Assembly: GCA_039815375.1 (NCBI GenBank)
Contig: JBCBZJ010000003.1
Coordinates: 96,001 to 160,000 of the forward strand
Direction: 5' to 3'
From: Verrucomicrobiota bacterium
GTDB taxonomy: Bacteria > Verrucomicrobiota > Verrucomicrobiia > Opitutales > Coraliomargaritaceae
DNA length: 64,000 nucleotides
Position numbers and translations under genes: made by a program. The notes beneath the pieces were generated by a model that had not been told where the DNA came from, did no database searches, and saw nothing but the letters and a program-made list of their open reading frames with translations. Positions 27,204 to 35,204 of the stretch are shown here, piece by piece (the stretch's first letter is position 1; each line of letters begins with the position of its first letter).

Positions 27204-29179
27204 TACCACATGTAGACCTTAGCGATGTGAAACCCGAGAAGGATGGGGTAGGGCAGGAAGAAAATGATATGCAATTTGGTCGCATAGTCGCGCAGCTTAC
27301 GCCCGAGAGGGCCACTGAGCTTTTTTTCGGTTGCCAGTGCAAGGGCGGCAAGCCCGCCGGCGAGATTCATGCCGAGGAAGCAGATCAGCAGCCAGAGGTT
27401 AAGGTTCTCGCCGAAGTTAAGTCCGGTATGCATGAAAATCCCTCCAAGCGTGGCGAGCCCAAGCCAGGAATGAGCCGCGCGCCAAAAGCCGAAGTTGCCG
27501 AAATTGAGCCATTTGAAGCGCTTGCGGGCGGAGAGTAGTAGAGCTATGGCCGAGAGCCCGGCTATGGTGTAGCCCGTGATTTGCTTCGTCACCGTTTCCT
27601 GCCAGATCGTGCTGAAGCGGTAGTAGGCCGATTGCACGGTCTCGGCTACAGGCATGGGTGGCATGGCGATACCCGTCACGATCAGGATAATGGCGATACA
27701 GGCTGCGATTTGGAGAATAAGCCCGCCTTTCTGAGAAGCGACGTCCTTAAAAGAGTCAGCCGATTCGCCGACAAAGCAGGCGATCTGTGGAAGGCAGGAA
27801 CCGCACACGCTTCCAGCCCCGGTTTTTGAAGTCAGTGCGCCGACACTGTCGCAGCCTTCACAGGCTGCGGTGCGCAATACTCCGCAGGATGTCCGGGTGC
27901 AGTTACAAAGGATCGCCTCTTCGGGCCAGTCGAGTGGTGAACTCTCTTTTGAAATCCCTTGCAAGTCGCCACTGCCACGGAAGTCGTTCAGATGCCTCAC
28001 ACTGAATTTGTTCATGGCGCGAACCGCCCGTTCAATCTCAGCAGTTTGCTCCCATGAGCCGATGACAGTTGCACCGATCAGTCGGCCCCGCTTGACGACG
28101 AGGTTTCGATATTCGTTTTCTCCTCGATAGGTGTAGTATTCACCCTCCTGCATGAAGTCGCCGAATACGCTTACTTCGAAGCCTAGGAGCTTGAGGCGGC
28201 AGGACTCGTCACTGCCCCGGTAATAGTATCTTTTTTGACCAGCGAGGCGGTAGGCGAGCACATCTGCCATCTCGTAGCAGGGCGCAACAAGGCCATATGC
28301 TTTACCATGGTGTGAGGCGCATTCGCCGATCGCGTAGATCTGATTGTCGGAAGACTCAAGTCGGTCGTTGACGATGACTCCCCCGTGCACTGCGGTTTTC
28401 AGACCAGCGTCTTGTGCCAATTCATCACGAGGTGTAACGCCGATTGCAATGACGACCATGTCCGCGTCCGCGGTCTCGCCGTCGTGGAAATTCAAGTTCA
28501 GTTTTGAGCCGTTTTCTTTGATCGCCTCAGTTCGAGTTTTGAGGCGGATCTGTAGGTGCCGCTTTGCGAGTTCTTTAAGCAGATAGCCACCGCCGTCTTC
28601 TGTCAGTTGTCGACTCAAGACAGTGTTCGCGGACTGAATGATGCTCGTCTCGACCTGCGACCGGTTGAGAACATCTGCGATTTCTAGCCCTAGAAGTCCA
28701 CCGCCGATGACGACAGCGCGTTTCGCAGTTTTGGCCGCTTCCTGGATGCGTTCGACATCTTGTGTGGTTCGGTAGGTGTAGACCCCGGGAAGATCTGTGC
28801 CCGGGATTTTCGGCATGGTTGGAAGGCTGCCGGTCGCGAGCACGCAGCGTGAGTAAGGCACCTCGTTGCCGTCGGCATCAACTGCCATCGATTGCTTTGG
28901 ATCAAGGCGAGCAATCTTGTTCGCCGTGCGCAGTTCAATGCCGTGCTCTTGATACCAACCTGAGGCAGCGAGCAAAAGTTTTTGTGCATCCTTCCACTCG
29001 AAGTGCTTCGTCAAATTAACGCGATCATAGGCTGGGAGACTTTCTTCTCCGTAGACGACTATGGTTGTCTTCTCATGGACTCCAAGTTTGACGAGCTGTT
29101 GGCAGAAGCGCCAGCTTACCATGCCATTGCCGATGATTAGCAATGGAGCCTCTACTTTGCTGGCCTTTTTTTTGGTCAT
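27203..29179 (-). CDS. NirB-like FAD/NAD(P)H oxidoreductase fused to a BFD [2Fe-2S] domain and a 5-TM His-rich (di-heme b-like) domain
   Basis: IIGNGMVS, YDRVNL, LATGS, VIGGGLLGLE, YAIGEC and GLVAP motifs; CXC-X31-CXXC; two H-X13-H TM helices; no siroheme/NIR_SIR domain. Confidence 0.87.
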   Translation of the reverse strand: MTKKKASKVEAPLLIIGNGMVSWRFCQQLVKLGVHEKTTIVVYGEESLPAYDRVNLTKHFEWKDAQKLLLAASGWYQEHGIELRTANKIARLDPKQSMAVDADGNEVPYSRCVLATGSLPTMPKIPGTDLPGVYTYRTTQDVERIQEAAKTAKRAVVIGGGLLGLEIADVLNRSQVETSIIQSANTVLSRQLTEDGGGYLLKELAKRHLQIRLKTRTEAIKENGSKLNLNFHDGETADADMVVIAIGVTPRDELAQDAGLKTAVHGGVIVNDRLESSDNQIYAIGECASHHGKAYGLVAPCYEMADVLAYRLAGQKRYYYRGSDESCRLKLLGFEVSVFGDFMQEGEYYTYRGENEYRNLVVKRGRLIGATVIGSWEQTAEIERAVRAMNKFSVRHLNDFRGSGDLQGISKESSPLDWPEEAILCNCTRTSCGVLRTAACEGCDSVGALTSKTGAGSVCGSCLPQIACFVGESADSFKDVASQKGGLILQIAACIAIILIVTGIAMPPMPVAETVQSAYYRFSTIWQETVTKQITGYTIAGLSAIALLLSARKRFKWLNFGNFGFWRAAHSWLGLATLGGIFMHTGLNFGENLNLWLLICFLGMNLAGGLAALALATEKKLSGPLGRKLRDYATKLHIIFFLPYPILLGFHIAKVYMW

Positions 29180-29198
29180 ATCTTTGCGTTGATACGAA

Positions 29199-29234
29199 AG
29201 AGGACGACTAGTTTGTTGAAACCAGTCGCCCTCT
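29199..29234 (-). terminator. 16-bp intra-operon stem-loop (partial terminator or mRNA stabiliser)
   Basis: Minus strand AGAGGGCGACTGGTTT-CAAC-AAACTAGTCGTCCTCT, fully paired with two G-U wobbles and followed by only a short U tract. Confidence 0.6.
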
Positions 29235-29271
29235 GGAGAGAATCGCTCTTAACCGTTGGGCTGGATTTGCA

Positions 29272-29643
29272 CTATTCGCGGCCAAGAATTGCTTCGCGCG
29301 TGCTTTCTGCGATTGCAGCTGCTTCACCGATCAGTTCGTCAGGCACACCCAACTCTACAAGTGTTCCTCCCAAGTTTTCCATGACGGCGTCGAAGTGGGT
29401 GTCGTTCAGACCCATTTCGTCAACGAGGCGCTTATGTGCAGCCTTCATGCCGCGGCCGGAGTATTTATTGGGCCGGCCGAAGGCAACTGTTAGGAATTTT
29501 TTTTGATGGTCCTTCAGGGTGACAATTGGGATGCCTTCGAAGAAGTGTTGAATGCGGTCGTCAGCGAGGACCTTTGAATAAAAAAGATCTACGGCCGCAT
29601 CAACGGCGGGTTCTCCGCCGATTTTTTCGTATAGTGTGCTCAT
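29272..29643 (-). CDS. Group I truncated hemoglobin (trHbN/GlbN-like)
   Basis: TLYEKIGG, VDLFYSKVLADDRI, HQKKFL..AFG, YSGRGMKAAH and HFDAV motifs. Confidence 0.93.
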   Translation of the reverse strand: MSTLYEKIGGEPAVDAAVDLFYSKVLADDRIQHFFEGIPIVTLKDHQKKFLTVAFGRPNKYSGRGMKAAHKRLVDEMGLNDTHFDAVMENLGGTLVELGVPDELIGEAAAIAESTREAILGRE

Positions 29644-29679
29644 TCCTGTTATGTGTTTGTTGTTATGATGGTTTAAGGT

Positions 29680-30120
29680 CTAACGACTGGCATGGACCAT
29701 AAAGTCCACCGCGGCTTTGACCTGTTCGTCTGTCAGATAATCATATCCGCCTTTTGGCGGCATCTGTAGCATAAGCGGGCCGGAGAAACCGTTGATCGCA
29801 TGATCGTGCAATGTCTCCCGCCCCTTTGCGATGCGCGGTGCCCACTCTGCCTTATCAGCAATTAGGGGTGCGCCCCCGAGTCCACTTTTGTGGCAGCCGG
29901 TGCATGTCTTAAGCCAAACTTCGCGACCTTCGATTAAGTTAGCATCCGTTAACTCAATAGACATAGCATCAAACGGCGCAGGCTTGGGCTTTGCGCCGTG
30001 GCCACTGTGTGTGCTCGTTGAGTCCTCGCCGCCGCAACCGCATAGGGCCATGACGACGAGGACGATGAGTGTTACTCGTTTCAAGTCTTTTGGTGTGCTT
30101 GGTAGAAAAGAACCAAGCAC
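29680..30120 (-). CDS. Cytochrome c5-like monoheme lipoprotein
   Basis: Lipobox LCGC; CTGCH..G..GAP..DKAEWAPRIAKG...HAINGF...MPPKGG. Confidence 0.87.
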   Translation of the reverse strand: MLGSFLPSTPKDLKRVTLIVLVVMALCGCGGEDSTSTHSGHGAKPKPAPFDAMSIELTDANLIEGREVWLKTCTGCHKSGLGGAPLIADKAEWAPRIAKGRETLHDHAINGFSGPLMLQMPPKGGYDYLTDEQVKAAVDFMVHASR

Positions 30121-30137
30121 GTTTGAGAGTTGAAGCG

Positions 30138-30731
30138 TTAGCTATCCATCGGGATGCGGATAACCACACCACCCATGACATCGCCGAGTTCAAAGTCAGT
30201 CTTAGGACTGTCTTTGTGGTCATTGTGGCATGTCACACAAACAGGTGCGACAGCGACATCAGCGTAAACGGCCGTGAAGTATTTCTTACCTCCAAGCTCT
30301 TCTTCCCCATAGTAGGGAGCGGAGCCACCGTTTTCGGCGACAAACTCCAGTCCTGCTTTTTCAACATCAGTCTGGCCTTCGGCGTTAGACTTGTTGATCG
30401 GCCAGAGGGACTGGAGCGAGTAGCTGAACCAAGCGTCCTTACTTGCTGTCAGCTCAGCGCCCATTCGGAACATCTGTGCTGGAAGCGGAAGGGTTTTATC
30501 TTCGGTCCATTGTTCGCTTGCTTTGATCACCTTCTCCTCTTTTACGAGGCGGTTCACAACCTTCTGTGTGTAAACGGTGCGATCGTTTTCGAGCACCATG
30601 TGAAGCGCGTCAGTGAGTTTCTCGAAAGAAACTCCCGCGGTAGTGGCTTCGCTTTCGCCGCAACCCACAAAAGAGAGGGAAGACGCGGCGATTGCGGCAG
30701 ATGCTGCCACAGCAATAACTGCTTTTTTCAT
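30138..30731 (-). CDS. DUF3365 / Tll0287-like monoheme c lipoprotein
   Basis: Lipobox FVGC; DRTVYT, LPLPAQM, SLWPINK.N and C-terminal CVTCHNDH...GDVMGGVVIRIP. Confidence 0.85.
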   Translation of the reverse strand: MKKAVIAVAASAAIAASSLSFVGCGESEATTAGVSFEKLTDALHMVLENDRTVYTQKVVNRLVKEEKVIKASEQWTEDKTLPLPAQMFRMGAELTASKDAWFSYSLQSLWPINKSNAEGQTDVEKAGLEFVAENGGSAPYYGEEELGGKKYFTAVYADVAVAPVCVTCHNDHKDSPKTDFELGDVMGGVVIRIPMDS

Positions 30732-30791
30732 ATTCGACTGTAATTTTAGGTTCGTCCTGTTCTCATAGAATATAAGAACTGAACCTTAAAC

Positions 30792-30807
30792 AGCACTACA
30801 GGTGCCA
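30792..30807 (-). promoter_or_regulatory. Putative sigma-54 (-24/-12) promoter of the redox cassette
   Basis: Minus strand TGGCACCTGTAGTGCT has GG-N10-GC spacing with a canonical TGGCAC, about 60 nt upstream of the DUF3365 start. Confidence 0.7.
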
Positions 30808-30866
30808 CTGCGTGCCAATTGGCTGTATTCATGCAGCTAAAGCGCCATAAATATTTTACGCTAGAT

Positions 30867-30883
30867 CATGAATTTTGTTCATG
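30867..30883. promoter_or_regulatory. Palindromic operator/enhancer candidate CATGAA-N5-TTCATG
   Basis: Perfect 6-bp inverted repeat centred near -94 relative to the predicted sigma-54 start. Confidence 0.45.
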
Positions 30884-30937
30884 CGCGGAAATGCTTCCAG
30901 TCGCAGGAAATTCAAGCGCCAGCAAGGCTTTGAGGGC

Positions 30938-32107
30938 TTACGTTTTTCTACTAAGGAATCTCTGGAAGTGCATGCCGAATTGAACACACATGCCAAGCCC
31001 CATTAGAAGCACGCTCACGTAGGGTAGAATCCATCCAGGATTCTTTACCACTTGAAAGATTGATGTTTTATCCTGATTGGCGAAAGACGCCTGATAAAAG
31101 GTGAGACCTTCGTAGCGGAGCGGGTGATTCATGTAGATCAGCGACTTTTGGTTCTTGGTTGAATCAGTGTGATGGATCATCACTTCGCTGGAGAAATTGA
31201 ACGGAATTTCTGTCCCGGGATACTTTTCGTGGCTAAAATCGATCAATTCTAACTCAAAGGGATGGTAGTAGCGCCTGAATCTTAGAGCGATCTCCCAGCT
31301 CTTTTCACCGAGGTTGACCATTTGTGGTGGGAAGCGCTCGTCGATCAAATTGGAGACAAGCCATGTGCCAATGACTCCATCCGGTCCGGACACCTCGATG
31401 TAGGCTGTGGCCGCATTGAATTCACCTTCGGCATAGGTCTTCTGTCGCGGCTCCACGAAAATATTCATCCGGACGGCAGCGCCTCGATTTGCTAAATTCC
31501 GGCTGTCTGGTTGTTGGCCTGTGCCGACGTTTGCGTTCGGGTAGTAGCGAACGGTTCGTATACTCAGTGGAGATTCGGGCACCTCCATCACTTTACCAGG
31601 CTTGAGTAGATCGACAGGAATAGAGTGAACCATGTCATGGTCGGGGTGAGTCCGATCTACAAATACCAGCTCATTGTCGCGAGTTGTCTCGGAGTAGTTG
31701 TTACGCCCCCCTTCGTCAACGGGCATCTGGCTTTCTTCTGAAACGATGTCTGTGAGCAGTTCGCTGACGAGCAGAAGGACGAGGCCGAAGTGAACAAGGA
31801 AGATGCCACTCTTCTTAAAAGTCAGCTTGAAGCGTGTGACATGGGCCGCAATGAGGTTGATGAAGAGAAGGCCGCCGAGCAGATAGCCACCGGGCATCGG
31901 GATACGCAGCCAGAAGAGCTGGTCATACAACGGGAACTCCTGCGGGTAGGACCAGATGACAAGGAAGCTCTCGAAGTAAAGTTTCTGCGTGTGCCAAATA
32001 CCGTAGTTCACTTGGTCGAGTGTGCCAAAAAAAACTAGAGCCATCGACAGGCTCAGGAGAATGGTCGTGAGCTGCAGCGACGAAAAAAACTTGAAAAGTG
32101 CTTTCAT
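30938..32107 (-). CDS. resB: Cytochrome c biogenesis protein ResB/CcsB (System II)
   Basis: FFSSLQLT..L, LVFFGTL.Q, GIFLVHFG, NHPLRYEGLTFYQASF and NPGWILPY motifs. Confidence 0.88.
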   Translation of the reverse strand: MKALFKFFSSLQLTTILLSLSMALVFFGTLDQVNYGIWHTQKLYFESFLVIWSYPQEFPLYDQLFWLRIPMPGGYLLGGLLFINLIAAHVTRFKLTFKKSGIFLVHFGLVLLLVSELLTDIVSEESQMPVDEGGRNNYSETTRDNELVFVDRTHPDHDMVHSIPVDLLKPGKVMEVPESPLSIRTVRYYPNANVGTGQQPDSRNLANRGAAVRMNIFVEPRQKTYAEGEFNAATAYIEVSGPDGVIGTWLVSNLIDERFPPQMVNLGEKSWEIALRFRRYYHPFELELIDFSHEKYPGTEIPFNFSSEVMIHHTDSTKNQKSLIYMNHPLRYEGLTFYQASFANQDKTSIFQVVKNPGWILPYVSVLLMGLGMCVQFGMHFQRFLSRKT

Positions 32108-32110
32108 CCG

Positions 32111-32731
32111 CTAGTGGTTGTGGTCCTCGAGCTCGACGCTGGCCAGGAACTGACGCATCGCTTCATTTTGTGCGGCAACAGTGCCGACGGCACCCTGCAT
32201 CTTAAAGAACCAGGTGCTACCATGGAAACTGAGAATGCCTCCTACGATACTCTGTTCAGGCCCGTTAAGCGTGGCGATCATCCCGTTGTGTTTGGAGATC
32301 TGGAAGGGCTCGGTGACCTCGCTCACGCCAGCGAGCTCTATGGGGGCGAGCTGAATCTGGCTGCGCCAACGGTTTATATTTGCAAGTGTGCCACCCACGT
32401 CGCCTGGGAAAACAGTTACGGTGATGTCGGCTGAGCCGCTCTCGTCGCTCACGCGGAAATTGGCCTTACGCACACTTTGCGGTGGGTATTCCTCCCAGCT
32501 TGCTGGAACTTCATAGCTTAGTTCAGGCGCGGCCTTGCTGGATTCTGCCATGCCCGGCAGGACCTGCATCCCGTTGTTGGAAACCGGTTTCGCAGCAGGA
32601 GGTGTTGTCGTTGGCACCGCCACGTTTCGTTCCTCTTTAGGGATCTTATAAACGGTGGGTTCGGAACTGTCGCATCCCGCCAGCGCAAGTGCGGCGAGGA
32701 GTGCGAGCACTGCTTTGCATTGTCCTATCAT
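32111..32731 (-). CDS. Hypothetical lipoprotein associated with the resB/ccsA genes
   Basis: Lipobox LAGC; YEVPASW...RKANF...GGTLANINRWRSQI...TWFFKM.G; 3 nt upstream of resB. Confidence 0.75.
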   Translation of the reverse strand: MIGQCKAVLALLAALALAGCDSSEPTVYKIPKEERNVAVPTTTPPAAKPVSNNGMQVLPGMAESSKAAPELSYEVPASWEEYPPQSVRKANFRVSDESGSADITVTVFPGDVGGTLANINRWRSQIQLAPIELAGVSEVTEPFQISKHNGMIATLNGPEQSIVGGILSFHGSTWFFKMQGAVGTVAAQNEAMRQFLASVELEDHNH

Positions 32732-32797
32732 GAAGCGAACGGAACAATTAAGGGGACGCAGGTCAAGTAACACCTGCAAATGCAGCCTTTGAGCGGA

Positions 32798-33901
<1,104 letters not shown>

Positions 33902-34031
33902 AGCGCGCGAAAATGGACCGCCTCACCGACGGTGCAACGAAAAAGGATTGTCGCGATTTACTGATATCAGGTGGACCATTAGTTGACTTTCTTATCATTA
34001 GCTTTTTAAAACGAACGAAAGTTTGCTTTGC

Positions 34032-35204
34032 ATGATATCTGATCCAGCCGAAACAACGAACATCGGTATCGACGGTGCGCGCATCCTCGTAGTAGACGAC
34101 GATGAGATCATTCGTAAATTGCTTCGGCGCGTGTTGGAGCGTAGCGGTTTTGTCGTGGATGAAGCCCATTCCGGCGAAGATGCACTGGTTTGCATTGAGG
34201 CAAATCTTCCGGATCTTATTCTTCTCGACGTGGTGATGGATGGGATCGACGGATTTATCACCTGTCGGAAAATCAAGGGGAGCAAGGGCATGGATGAGGT
34301 GCCGATTGTTTTTGTTACGGGGCGCTCGGATACCGGTTCGATTGTCGAAGGTCTGGATGCGGGCGGAAGCGACTACATCACCAAGCCTATTAATCGGCAT
34401 GAAGCTCTGGCACGTATCCGTAATCACCTGAAAATGCGTTCACTGATGCGAATGCAAGGTGAGTTTATTGCTGGTCTCAAGCGCGCAAATACAGCGAAAA
34501 ACCGTGTCATTGGAGTCGCCTCGCATGATTTAAGAAATCCTATCGCGTCAATTCGGGGTTTATCGGAGTTCCTGGTAGAATCTGGTCCCTTGACTGATGA
34601 TCAAAGAGAAATTGCTACGACTATCCAGGCTACATCGGATTCCATGCTTCAGTTGGTTGATGAGCTACTTGATTTGTCGGTTATTGAGAGTGGTGAAGAA
34701 CGGTCTGAATTTGAACCATGCAGCATCTATGAGATTGTGTCTTCCTCGCTCAATATTTACCAATTCGCTGCTAATAAAAAGTCGATCCACCTCAAATTGG
34801 ACGAGGAAGGCGATACCCCTGATTTATTGCTTCTCGATAAGATGCAGTTCCGCCGCTTGATCGATAACTTGCTCAGCAATGCAGTCAAATATTCGCCCAT
34901 AGAGACTTCAGTGGACGTGCTCCTGAAAGTGGAGGAAAGTATCCTGAATCTCGTAGTCCAGGATGAAGGGCCTGGGGTTCCAGAGAATGAAATGCACAAG
35001 CTGTTCACTGACTTTGGGAAAACTTCGGTTAAACCGACCGGTAGCGAGACAAGCACTGGCCTCGGCCTCTCGATTTGTAAGAAGATTGCAGAGACTCATC
35101 GAGGTAGTATCCGCGCTGAAAACCGTACGGACCGCAGCGGTATGCGCTTTATCTTAGAACTGGATACTTCTTCGCTGGCGGTCGTCGCGTCGGCTAAACT
35201 ATAG
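34032..35204 (+). CDS. Cytoplasmic hybrid response regulator / histidine kinase (REC-HisKA-HATPase)
   Basis: ILVVDDD, LILLDVVM, DYITKP; ASHDLRNP, NLLSNAVKYS and TGLGLSICK. Confidence 0.9.
   Translation: MISDPAETTNIGIDGARILVVDDDEIIRKLLRRVLERSGFVVDEAHSGEDALVCIEANLPDLILLDVVMDGIDGFITCRKIKGSKGMDEVPIVFVTGRSDTGSIVEGLDAGGSDYITKPINRHEALARIRNHLKMRSLMRMQGEFIAGLKRANTAKNRVIGVASHDLRNPIASIRGLSEFLVESGPLTDDQREIATTIQATSDSMLQLVDELLDLSVIESGEERSEFEPCSIYEIVSSSLNIYQFAANKKSIHLKLDEEGDTPDLLLLDKMQFRRLIDNLLSNAVKYSPIETSVDVLLKVEESILNLVVQDEGPGVPENEMHKLFTDFGKTSVKPTGSETSTGLGLSICKKIAETHRGSIRAENRTDRSGMRFILELDTSSLAVVASAKL

Noticed and set aside
27203..29179. Assimilatory nitrite reductase NirB
   Set aside because: There is no siroheme/[4Fe-4S] NIR_SIR domain and no nirD; the C-terminus is a membrane domain.
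30803..30820. Second TGGCAC as an alternative sigma-54 promoter
   Set aside because: TTGGCACGCAGTGGC has GG-N9-GC spacing, one base short of the strict requirement.
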